Shown: piece after piece, positions 13,010 to 23,952 of the stretch
How positions within the stretch are numbered: position 1 is the first letter of the stretch
How the letters are laid out: every line of letters begins with the position of its first letter
Assembly (NCBI GenBank): GCA_965112735.1
Contig: OZ218953.1
Location: 868,001 to 932,000, forward strand
DNA: 64,000 nt
Direction of reading: 5' to 3'
Source of the DNA: Phaeosaccion multiseriatum
Lineage: Eukaryota > Protista > Ochrophyta, other classes
Notes under the pieces: generated by a model
The model's database searches: none
What the model saw: only the letters and a program-made list of their open reading frames with translations
What the model was told of the DNA's origin: nothing
Position numbers and translations under genes: made by a program

Positions 13010-13252
13010 CACGCACAATCACAGGAGAGTGCCCCGTTGGAGGACCACATTGTCCGTCTCGCCGCCCTCCCCAATGTAGTGCTCACGCCCCATTTGGGAG
13101 CAAGCACGCAGCAAGCAGGGGACCTCGTGCTCACGGAGGTGTGCGAGGCGGTGGGGCGGGCTTTGGAAGGCACGCTGCCGAGGGACAAGGTGGTGTCTCC
13201 CAACCCCAGCTCCAGCCTCATGTGCTGTGTCGCCAAGCTGCGAGGCAAGTGA
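11058..13252 (+). CDS. serA: D-3-phosphoglycerate dehydrogenase-like 2-hydroxyacid dehydrogenase, plastid-targeted, lacking ASB/ACT domains
   Basis: [110 protein letters not shown]. Leader MRQYLLLLLL...VGAF. Confidence 0.88.
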
Positions 13253-13545
13253 AGTGAAGTGAAGTGAAGTGAAGTGAAGTGACGGGTGTCGAGGAGTGGG
13301 GGGAAGGCAAGGCGCCCCGTGCGCGGAGCAGAGCAATATCGCCACCACCACCACCACCACCAGAAGCAGCAGCAGCAGCAGCAGCAGTACTTTCGCCACC
13401 ACCACCACCACCACCAACAGCAGCAGCAGCCGGAGCGGTATTTCTGAGTGTTGAGCTTTCTGCTCGCTCGCCCCTTTTTGTGGAGCAGCGCAGCCCCCTC
13501 GGAGAAAAGAATCAGGGCCGTCTGGGAGTCGAGCAGAGCTGGGGT

Positions 13546-13805
13546 GGTAGCCAGGATGAGAGGGACGCTTTGGTAGCCAGCATGAGAGGGACGCTTTGGT
13601 AGCCAGGATGAGAGGGACGCTTTGGTAGCCAGGATGAGAGGGACGCTTTGGTAGCCAGGATGAGAGGGACGCTTTGGTAGCCAGGATGAGAGGGACGCTT
13701 TGGTAGCCAGGATGAGAGGGACGCTTTGGTAGCCAGGATGAGAGGGACGCTTTGGTAGCCAGCATGAGAGGGACGCTTTGGTAGCCAGCATGAGAGGGAC
13801 GCTTT
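13546..13805 (+). repeat. 26-bp minisatellite x10 (ggtagccag[g/c]atgagagggacgcttt)
   Basis: Ten head-to-tail copies (260 bp) with one variable position and no spacers. Confidence 0.95.
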
Positions 13806-13964
13806 GGTCGCATTGGCGTCAACGGCTCTCCACCCGTCGTTGACGCAGGACGGATTCAGGGCTGAGGCCCGACGCACTCTCTGGCACTGTTGAGGATGCT
13901 TCGGTGAACAAGGCTGCATGCGATCATGTGATGAGTGATGAGAGGTGGCGGCAGGATGTAGCAT

Positions 13965-13997
<33 letters not shown>

Positions 13998-14407
13998 GAG
14001 CGGCAGCTGGAGCAGCAGCACCAGCAGCAGCACAAGGCGGAAGTCTCCAGAAGCTATCATCGGGCGTGGCTCTTACTTCTGGCTTCAGCCCCCGTCGACT
14101 ATTCGAGTGCGTCGAGCGTGCCCTCCCCTACTCTTCCGACCGCAGAAACAGCGAGCGGCGCCACTGGACTCCATTCTCGACTCACAAGCTCACAAGCTCA
14201 CAAGCTCACGAATTTCACAGGGGCACTTTGGGCGGAGGCTTCCTCCCTCCTCCCCTCCGATGCGACATGCCGACATGCCCGTGCTACAGCTTGTCGACAT
14301 GCCCGTCCTACAGCTTGTCGACATGCCCGTGCGATAGGTGGGGGTCGTGGGGGTGTGGGTGTGAGATATATGTAGATGCGACATGTCGACATGCCGGTGC
14401 GATAGGT

Positions 14408-14515
14408 TCGACCCCTGACACGCTATCGCCCACTTTGGGGGGGGGCGGATAGCGCGCCGGGATAGCGGATAGCGCGCCGGCGATAGCGGATAGGGGATAG
14501 CGTGTCAGGGGTCGA
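14408..14515. repeat. GATAG-rich palindromic MITE-like element, copy 2
   Basis: Perfect 20-bp inverted repeat tcgacccctgacacgctatc (14408-14427) / gatagcgtgtcaggggtcga (14496-14515). Internal gatagcgcgccggcgatagcggatag units resemble copy 1. Confidence 0.7.
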
Positions 14516-14711
14516 TCCAATAGGTGGGGGTCGTGGGGGTGTGGGTGTGAGATAACATTAAGGGGGCACTCTGCACCGGCCCGCGAGGAAACCAAAACCA
14601 AGAGGCCTTTGAATCCACGCCAGCTGTGAGCGAGGACGGGACGTTGGCTCGGCTGACCTCCTCTCTACAAAAACAAACCCTCCGCCAAATATCCCCCTTC
14701 ACAGGCTCTTT

Positions 14712-16679
14712 ATGTGGCGTCGAGCTGCTGCAATTTCAGCAGGAGGGCACGGAGGCCGGCTACCGTTTTTCGCTGCGCGCTGGACAGCAGGGGCTGGCCC
14801 AGGCGTGAAGCGAAGGAGACCACAGCGGAAGGAGCAGGAATTGCCGCAACAACGCCGGTACCTTAGCTTGCACACGCGTAGCTCGGGAAGCCTGGGTGCT
14901 AGCACAACCAATCTTGGTTTGCACACGCTTAGCCCGTGCTCGGCCGGAAGCCTGCGTGGTGGCAGGAAGAAGGGCCTCTCCTCCATGTCAGCTGCGGCTT
15001 CGAAAGAGGGCGAGCCAGTGCGAAGCACGACAGCAAGCGGGAGTGCTGTCTACGAAAGCTCACGAGCCGTCGACGAGTACCTTCAGTTCCACTTTGGCAG
15101 GTGAGAGAGGCAGGTTTCTCTCTTCCTCCAGTCTTTTTCTCCTCGCTCCAATCCACCGATACACAAGCACTTCCTGAAGCGGGGCAGCAGACCGGAGGCC
15201 GGGTTTGAAGGGACAGCCAGATAGACTGACATGAAGCCGGACCAAATTTAGCTTCTTCCCATGTTTCCAACGCAGCTTGCATCCCAGTCTCTCTGACCCA
15301 TCCTTTCGTTGCGCCCCTCTTCTTGATGTTGTGGCACTGTCCTCTGCTACTACGACTACACGCACGACCATTAAAGAAAGGAAGACCTTCTTCCGTACAG
15401 CGATGGCCCTCATGGCGCCCTGAATTTCCCAGCCCGCTGCGCTGCCCTTTGCGAGAAGGCTGTCTTCGGGTCAGCAGCAAGGGGCGGGGAGGAGACACAG
15501 GAGGCAGCAGCAGCGGAGGGACGAAGGCCGACTCGGGCGCTGGACGTGGGCTGCGCCGTTGGGGGCGCCTCCTTCGAGCTGTCCAAGGCCTTTGACGAAG
15601 TGGTGAGGCAGCGAAAGGGTGGAAGGAGCGGGTTTGTCTATAGGACACGGCCAGTGCTTGGTGGTGAAGGAGGGGGCTGGATTCGGTGAGAAGAAGGGAG
15701 AGGCCCTTTCGTTCATCCTTGATCCTTCCCCCCCCCCCTCCTCTTCCTCTTCCCCTCCTCTCTTATCGCGTGCAGGTGGGCGTGGACTTTAGCCAGCATT
15801 TTGTGGACGCGGCCCAGGCGATGAAGGCCAGCGGGTGAGTCTTATCTGGAGTGCTCGAGACTGGCCACCGGCCATGGGTATAGTACGCTATGTATATATA
15901 TATTGGAGGGATGGAGGTGCACCTTGGTAATGTCCCCCCCTCAGCCAACATCCGACCCCTGCCTCCCCATCAGATGCATGGAGTACCAAAGCTTGATAGA
16001 GGGCTCCACCTTTGCCCAGCGCACGGCCAGTCTGCCGTTACAGGCACGTGCAGACCGGTGCTCCTTCTACCAAGGCGACGCGTGCAACCTCAGTGCTTTA
16101 GAGGAGCACGTGTTGCTCCCCTTGGACACGACAGGCTCCAGCGGCGGTGGCTTCGACGTGGTGCTGGCCAGCAATCTCCTGTGCCGTCTGCCGCGGCCAA
16201 GGGCCTTTCTGGCGAGCCTGTCGCGGCTGGTGCGGCCGGGGGGTGTGGCCGTCATTGTGAGCCCGTACTCGTGGCTCGAGGAGTACACGGCCAAGGAGGA
16301 GTGGCTCGGGGGGGGGGGGGCTGATGGCGGGGGCGAACAGGGCAGCTTTTCGGCCCTGGAGCGGAGCATGACTGCGTGGTCTCGGGGTGAGTGAGTGAGT
16401 GAGTGAGTGAGTGAGTGTGAGTTAGTGAGCCGGAGCCCCGCGCACGGCCCAAGCAACAACAAGTCTAGAGTCCCTGTCTCCCACTCACGCCGCCCATGAT
16501 GATGCCACCTTGACACAACCCTTGTGCTGCTGCTTCTCCAAGACCAACAAGAGGCGTCTGGCCCGGCGTGCGCCTTTACGCTGGAGAGCCGGACAGACAT
16601 GCCCTTCCTCATCCGAGAGCACAGCCGCAAGTTCCAGTGGGGCCTCTCGGACGCGACAGTGTGGCGCCGCCAGCAGTAA
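14712..16679 (+). CDS. SAM-dependent methyltransferase of the OvoA C-terminal (putative mercaptohistidine N-methyltransferase) type, stand-alone
   Basis: YESSRAVDEYLQFHFG | LNFPARCAALC..RALDVGCAVGGASFELSKAFDEV|VGVDFSQHFVDAA..FYQGDACNL..FDVVLASNLLCRLPRPRAFL..VIVSPYSWLEEYTAKEEWLGG..MPFLIREHSRKFQWGLSDATVWRR. These match the motifs I recall for the OvoA C-terminal domain family. Confidence 0.82.
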
Positions 16680-17091
16680 GGGTCTATGGAGGGCACTAGT
16701 TACGCACAGACAAACGGGGTGTATGGAGACTAGAGTACGCAAGGACCAAAAGGAATTTAATGATAGAATGGGTTTTATGTATGTAGTTTACAAGCTCGAA
16801 GTAGAGTGGTGGTGATGCCAAAGTATCTCCACTCTCTTTGAATCAAAATCTCTATTGAAAAAGAGGACAACAACAACAACAATGTACAGTCTCACTCTTA
16901 CGCGTGACTGCAGTAAAGACAAAAAAAATGAACAAGTTGCATACAAAAACGAAGTGATGCCACTCCATGCAGCTATGTACATGCATGGAGGAACGAGAGA
17001 ACTCGCGAAAAAATGCGGGCAGCGTGGGAAGAGGTTGATCCGCGGCCCAGACGCCCAGCTATACAGCGTATCTTACAGCGGCCACGCGCAT

Positions 17092-17670
17092 TCAAGCCAC
17101 GAGGGCCCTGCCCAGCGTATCGTCCATGGCGAAGGAGTTCTTCATGTGCCCTTGTAAAGCGAAGGCGTGGTGATGGTTGACGACGGGGGGGCTGCTCATC
17201 GCTCGGCTCGTCCGCTGCGCCTGCTCCTCCTCCTGCTTCTGTTTTTGTTGCTGCTGCTGCTTCTCCTGCTGCTGCGTCTGCTGCTGCAGCATCTCGACCT
17301 TCTCCTCCTCCATTTGGCACATGCAGGCCATGAAGTCGGAGTCGGAGGATACCGATGTGGTCGAGGGGAGGAGGAAGGAGTCCAGGGAGGTCATGGACTC
17401 CACCATGTCAGCTGCGCCTGGCGCAGGTTGACCGCAGGCAGCCGCCCTGATTGCCTTCCGGAGCTGCTCGGCCCTTCGCCTGTGCTCGGCGCCTACAACA
17501 GAGTACGAGGACCGCTGCTCCGTCGAATGCTGCTTCTTCCTAATTGCTGCTCTCCGCTTTCTTATCAGAGTCGCCCGGCGCTTCGAACAAGCGTGCCATT
17601 TCTTTTGACTCTGCGGCCGGAGCGAAGAAATGAAGCCTCCAAGGAGGCTGTCCACATCAAGGGCGTCCAT
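17092..17670 (-). CDS. Hypothetical basic/Gln-rich protein (192 aa)
   Basis: Single ATG-initiated ORF with protein-like composition (Arg/Lys-rich helix, polyQ); no recognisable domain. Confidence 0.45.
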   Translation of the reverse strand: MDALDVDSLLGGFISSLRPQSQKKWHACSKRRATLIRKRRAAIRKKQHSTEQRSSYSVVGAEHRRRAEQLRKAIRAAACGQPAPGAADMVESMTSLDSFLLPSTTSVSSDSDFMACMCQMEEEKVEMLQQQTQQQEKQQQQQKQKQEEEQAQRTSRAMSSPPVVNHHHAFALQGHMKNSFAMDDTLGRALVA

Positions 17671-18293
17671 GGTTTGTGTGTGTGGTTGTGTGCGGTTTTG
17701 TGCTTGATTGATGCTTCAATCTTGGTCAGGTTGATGGAAATGATTTTTGTGATGCACGCCCTCCCAAGAGCACCTGTCAACACCTCAGAGATTGTGTACG
17801 ATTTTGAAAAACACCTCAGAGCGGACGGTTACGTAGAAAATCCGAACAAATCCCAGATGGCCCGCATTTTTCAATGATTACGTAATTTTTGGTCCGTGGT
17901 GCGCGTTGTCGGGGTCAGCCCCATGCACGCAGCGGTTTTATTTTGCTCTAGGCCGCTAGGCCGCTCGGCCTTCGGTCGATCTAGCCCTAGGCCGGTGGCC
18001 TCCGGCCGCTCGAGGCCGCTCACTTTTCAGTCCTAGGCGGCCTCTAGCCCCCGCCTCTAGGCAGCCTCCCAGTGACAGTGGGCGCGTGCGTGGTGCCGCC
18101 CAGCCAGTGGGTAGCAGCACGCCTGTAGGCCTGCACTCCTCGTAGGGCCAGCGAGGCGGAAGACAACACGAAACAAGTCTACTCCTCACTTTCACCCTTA
18201 AAAAAAAACAAAAAAAACTGACTACTCTTTGCACTCTGGGCACTCCCACCGTCCGCCTAGTTGGCGTCTGCCCTAGGCGGCGGCATATAAACT

Positions 18294-18417
18294 ACGGCCC
18301 TCGCTAGGCCGGGCAATTCTCCCAAATAGGCCTAAGCCCGCTAGGCGTGCATGGGACGGCCCTCGCTAGGCCGGGCAATTCTCCCAAATAGGCCTAGGCC
18401 CGCTAGGCGTGCATGGG
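18294..18417 (+). repeat. 62-bp tandem duplication within a CTAG/GGCC-rich non-coding block
   Basis: acggccctcgctaggccgggcaattctcccaaataggccta(a/g)gcccgctaggcgtgcatggg occurs at 18294 and 18356. Confidence 0.9.
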
Positions 18418-19367
18418 GCTGATCGAGGGCCCTTCCCCCCCCCCCCCTTCCTGCTGGGCGAGGAGGGGGAGTGCTGGTCCGGCGCTGCGCGCGTAAGTTT
18501 GGAGAGGACGTGTCCCTTGGTGGTGGAAGAGCCGGTGCGGTGCGCCCGGTGCGGGAGACGACATGCTCGGCTAGGGCGTGTAGAAGGGGATTGTCCGTGG
18601 GTCGTAGGTGCTAGCGTAGTGCTGCTCCTTGCGGGTCTCGCTGGCTGCTGCTGCCGCCCCAGGCCTGACGTCCGTGTGGAGCACATTCAATTCCAGGCCG
18701 TCCTGCAAATGCATGTGGCTTTGACCCTCCTTCTCTGTCTCGTTCTGTCTGTTGGCACCTCTGACGCACTCCCACGAATTTCTGTCCCCCCCCCCCTCAC
18801 CCCCACCCCTCTCTCTGCCTCTCTTCTCTCTCCCTGCTGAGGTGGTACCAGCCCAGGCACCGGGTACGACGATTTCTTCCGCTCCGAGGGGCTACAGCCC
18901 TGTCCTAGTGGCGCTTCGGCCACGAGCAAGGCCTCACCCCATGCCACCAAAAAGGTACACATGGTCCGTCCCTCAGAGGGGCTGATGCTTTACTTCCCCG
19001 CCCCTTCCCCTCCTACCGAGCAGCCAAACGGCCAGCACCCACCCGCATACTCCCGACGAGTCGCTCGTCTGCCGATTCCAGCCAAAGCAAAACTTTGTGT
19101 GGACCGGCCGCTGCTCTGTAAAAAGACGTGCTGGGCAAAGCCGTTGGCGCTGCTGCTGCTTCCTGCGGGCCCGACCTGACCTGAGCGAAGGGCAGCTTGG
19201 TGTGACGCTTCTCCTCGTCCTCCCTCCCTCCCTCCCTCCCTCCCTCCGCTTCGTCTCCACATGGCCCCTCTGCGACGGCACACTGCTGGGTGTCTGGGCC
19301 TCCACTGGTGAACGCGATACGAGAGAACGTCTTGCTTGCCCTAGTGCCCATTCCGAGCCGCTTGGCC

Positions 19368-20776
19368 TCAGCGTGGCACTCGGACGTTGATGGGGTCGGA
19401 ACAGTAGGGGCACTGCCCGAACATGGTGTCGAAGCTCGTACGGCTGGTGGGCAGCGCCTGCAGCCACTCAAACAAGCACTGCGGGTGGTATGGCCGCCTG
19501 CATTTGGCGTTGTCGCACACCTTGTCCGGAATGCTCCCCGCCACCAACTGTTGTTGCTGCTGCTGCTCCTCCTGCGCAGTCTTGTGGTCTTCGGCACCCC
19601 CCCCCCCACCTCTGCCGCCCTCGCGCACACGCCGATAGCTGTAGCAGATGCCGCAATCGGCGCTAAAGTCCTCCTTCCTCGTGGTGCTCGGCGAGGGCAG
19701 GGTACAGCCCAGCACCCTCTCGAGATTGGCGCGCAGCAGCTGGCCGTGGTCCCAGCGGTGCAGTTGCGTGTTGAAGGACTGACGGAAGGGACGCACGACG
19801 GCCTCCGCGCCCAAGAAGCGAACCTCCGGGAGAGCGCGAGGGGCGTGCGGGTCCACCGTCAGCATGAGGCTGCAATGCGGGGCCAGCGCCACACGCCGGC
19901 TGCACATGGCTCGGGTCGGGTTCTCGGGCTCCAGCACCCACGTCTTGCCGTCCAAGTCCTCCAGCACCTCCCAGAGCGCAAGGTACTGCTCGAGGGCGGC
20001 CCGGAATTGGCGAAGCACGTCGACAAGCGATGACGAGCATCCTCTTTTGTTTCTGCCGCCGCCCCGCTTGCTCCGCCCGTCCCCACCCGCCGCTGCTGCC
20101 TCACCCAGTCCCCGACCGGCCCACCGAAGCTCCAGCGGGCGAGGCAAGTCCACGGTGCAGATGGGGCTGCTCTGTGGGTAGTCGCTGGGCAGAGCCACGG
20201 TCAGGGTGTGCTGCCTCCCCGTGCTGTCGGGGGCGCGCAGTTGGAGGGTGGACAAGCTATCGTCCACAGACGCCAAGTGCGCCCACCCCACGGAGTCAAT
20301 GTCGTCCACTAGTCGAGCGTAGTAGGCCGGTGGAGGAAGGCCTCGATCCCGTCTGCCGCTGCTACTCAAGAGGCCAGCAGAGGAGGAGGGCGATGACAAG
20401 GTGCGCAGGATTCGCTCGGCAATGTCTTGCAGCTCCGCCACGAAGCTGTGCAGGTCTGGGGCCTGGGTGAGCCGTCTCCTGGTAAGTGAGGTGAGTGTTT
20501 CAAGGGAGTTGGTTAGGGAGAAGCCTTATTTCTCCCTCCTCCCTCCTTTTCAACTTGCCTGATGATGCCACTCGTATTGTCCAGGAGCAGAAGCTTGGCC
20601 AGCTCGGGGTCGCACTGCACAGAGTCGAGGTCCACCTTGCCTCCCGGTTGCAGGAGCCGGAGAGCGATGCGGGAGTCCAGCCCAAGCGTAGACACATAGC
20701 CAAAGAAGCAAAGCCCTGCCGCATCCGAGGGAAACAGCCTGCTGCCTCGGCTGCTGCAGCCGCTGCTGGGAACCAT
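19368..20776 (-). CDS. FANCL: Fanconi anemia group L E3 ubiquitin ligase
   Basis: YYARLVDDIDSVGW; LWEVLEDLDGKTWVLEPENPTRAMCSRRVAL; VDPHAPRALPEVRFLGAE; C-terminal RING DCGICYSYR..PDKVCDNAKCRRPYHPQCLFEWLQALPTSRTSFDTMFGQCPYCSDPI. First exon joins via a GC-AG intron (20558-20479). Confidence 0.95.
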
Positions 20777-20996
20777 TGCGTGAGCACTGGCGGCGCAGGC
20801 CTCGCCTCAGCCATCCTCCCTCGCCCTTCCCCTCATCACGCTCCAGGTGCACGGGGAGCAAGCCCTACAGCAAAGAGAACAAAACAAGCATTGGCAAAAG
20901 AGAAAGGGGGTGAAATTTCAACTCGAGGGAAAGGGGGGTAGAGAGGGGGGGAAATAAAGGATAGCATAAGCATAGTGGAGAGCACGGGACTGCAAT

Positions 20997-22710
20997 ATGG
21001 CGGAGACGAAGGACGACGGGACGGAGGAGCTGCGAGAGCAGGTACACTGAGAGAAGGAGAGAGAGAAGGGAAGGACGGAGAGAGGTGGACCCCTCTGGGA
21101 AGGAGGAGGAGGAGGAGGAGGAGGAGGAGGAGGAGAGAGAAAGGACGTGAGCGGCAAAGGGGAGTCAAAGGACGAATCAACTAGGCAAGAGCAGCGTGAC
21201 ATCCTGTGGCAACCGCCCCCGCAGCCACAATTGCTGTGCTGCTTGCTGCTGGCTGCTTTCTGACATGCTGAGACTCTGCCTCCGCCCCTCTCCCCTTTCC
21301 ACTCGCTGCCCCCCTCCTCGTTGCGTAACAGGATCGTTTCCTACCTATCGCCAACATCAGTCGCATTATGAAAAAGTCTCTGCCGGACAATGCCAAGATC
21401 GCCAAAGACGCCAAGGAGACGGTGCAGGAGTGTGTGAGCGAGTTCATCTGCTTCATAACCAGGTGCACAGAGCGAGACAGACCTCACGTGCTAGTACTCT
21501 GTCTTTTCAACGCTCATAAGGAACGAATGGGGGCAGGTGTCGTGTTACGCTCAATCTCTCTCTCTCTCTCTCTCAGTCACCAGCAAGACGTACTCTGACC
21601 CTCCTCTTTTCGACCTCTGTGCCTTTCTGCCAACGAACAACGGCCACCGCCCTTCCTCCCCACTGGTGTGCGCGTCCTTGTGCAGTGAGGCGAGTGACAA
21701 GTGCCAGCAGGAGAAGCGCAAGACCATCAACGGAGACGACATCCTCTGGGCCATGTCCACTCTGGGCTTTGATAAATACGTCGAGCCACTCAAGGTCAGT
21801 GAGCCCTTGACCTTTGGGCGCCGTACAATAGGGCGACGTGTTCCTGCTTGTGTTGGACTCTAGACTCTAGGCTTTTGACACGAGGTGGTTGTCCGCATTT
21901 TCCTTGCCAGGCCAGTCAGCTCTCTTGTTGTATGCAAGCGAGTCAAAGGCGCGTCGTCGTGACAGTGCTGCCGTGCTGTCGATCATGCCCCGTCGCCCGA
22001 TCCCTCAGGTGTATCTCAGCAAGTACCGAGAGAGCGTAAAGGGCGAGAAGCCAGACAGGAAGACTGCAGTCCGGAGAGACGAGGAGCAGCAGGCCATGCC
22101 AGTGGCTTCGGCTAGCATAGGAGGAGCAGGAGGCGCAGGAGGGGCAGGGGGAGCGGCGGGGATGGTTCCGATGATGGATGCTTCACAGATGCAGGCGCTC
22201 GCTCAGGCGCAGCAGCAGCAGGCTCAGGCTCAGGCACACGCCCAGGCGGTCGCTCTGGCCCAGCAACAGCAGCAGCTGCAGCTCCAACAACAGCAGCAAC
22301 AGCTGCAGCTTCAGCAGCAACAGCAACAGCAGCAGCAGCTTCTACTCCAGCAGCAGCAGATACAGCAGCAGCAGCAGCAGCAACAGCAACAGCAGCAGCA
22401 GATACAGCAGCAGCAGCAGCCGGTAAAAGTCGAGACAGTACCAGCGGCGGCAGGGGCAGCAGCGGCAGGTCCAGCCGCACCTCTACCAGTAGCCCCAGGA
22501 ACAGCAGTGGCACCACAGCCGATAGCCCCACTGCCCTCCGCATCAGCACCAGCACCAGCAGCACCACCAGCAGCACCACCAGCAGCAGCAGCAGCACCAG
22601 CACCAGCAGCAGCACCAGTAGTAGCAGCAGTAGCGCCAGCAGTAGCAGCAGCAGCCTTGCCTGCACAGCAGCAAGGAGCTCAGCCGCCACAACCACCGAA
22701 GCAGGGGTAA
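20997..22710 (+). CDS. NFYB: Nuclear transcription factor Y subunit B (HAP3/CBF-A) with polyQ/Ala-Pro tail
   Basis: REQ|[44 protein letters not shown]|[36 protein letters not shown]|VYLSKYRE, a near-canonical NF-YB histone fold. Confidence 0.97.
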
Positions 22711-23952
22711 AGAGAGGGTGAAGGGGGTGCTAACCACCGAAGCAGGGGTAAAGAGAGGGTGAAGCGGGTGCTATGCCATCACTGATGCCATCACCCGCAG
22801 CCTTGGCATCTTCATTGGGAGGAGTGACACAGCCACCCCCTTCCCCGACCACCCGGCACTCTTGTCTTTTGCGTCTGCGAAGTGGGGATAGAACGGGCCA
22901 CGGAATGGGGATTGAAAGCGTGAAGTGCCGTCTGTGAAGGGTGGGGAGCGGAACGGTGGCTGGGCGAGGAGCAAACACACGGCAGCCAGTGCGAAGTCAA
23001 CTGCAGCTTCAGCGGTGGTGGTGGTGGTGGTGGAGGAGGAGGAGGAGGAGGAGGAGGAGGAGGAGGAGGAGGAGGAGGAGGAAGAGGAGGGGGAGGAGGA
23101 AGAAATGATGAGGTGCCGTTGGTGGAGGAAGAAAGAGATGCTGAGGGCCTTGATGCGAGTACAGAGGCGGAGAAAGGGGGCCGTACGTAAGATGATGTCG
23201 AGGTGAGGACCACAGCCAGCCCTAGGAGAGAAGGCAGCGCCGGGGAAAGGAAGATGGGCGGGCGGACTCGGCGGGGCGGTGCGTATGAGTGAGTTAGTGA
23301 GTGAGTGAGTGAGTGAGTGAGTGAGAGGGGGAGAGTAAGCGATCGAGCCTGGGGGGAGAGCAACATGGTTGCAAATGTCTGTCAAAGCATGCATGCCCGG
23401 TTGTCCGTACGTGTACAGTGTTGTGCCTACACGTGGGCCTCCCCCCCCCCCCAAGTCGTTGAATGTCTTCTGAGCCGGGGGAAAGGGGTGGGGGGGGGGA
23501 GTGGCACAGAGCAAGATAGGCGGAAACCCTCTCTCCGCCGCGAAGCACCAAGCGCCTGATCATAGTGGAGCCTAAGGACCGCTCGGTGCTTGGTGCCTGT
23601 TGGAAGGCGTGGATCAGTCAATCAGTCGATCAGTCGATCAGTTACTCATTGATGGCGTGCGTGTGTTGGGAAGCGCAAGGCGTTGACCGGTATTGCGCAG
23701 TCGCAGGCGGGCTTTCCGGCTTTCCCTTCGCGGTACAACCTTACAGCACACTCGGTGGATGATACCGCAACAGCAGCAGCCGGGTAGGGTAAGAAAAGCA
23801 GCAATTTAGGAAATGAAGCAAAGCAAAGCAAAGCAGCAATGCTTCAATCTTGTATGATTATAAACACTTTTGGCCTCAAGAACTCCGCTATATCTATTGC
23901 TCCTGCATTTACATGCTGGTGCTGGTGCTCCGGTGCTCTTAGCTTGTGGCTC

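Noticed and set aside
13546-13805. Possible CRISPR array (26-bp repeats)
   Set aside because: Repeats are contiguous with no unique spacers, there are no cas genes and the context is eukaryotic. The same applies to 62237-62492.
18409-18985. Small secreted-protein-like ORFs between the CTAG block and FANCL
   Set aside because: Short, no recognisable motifs and no convincing exon chain.
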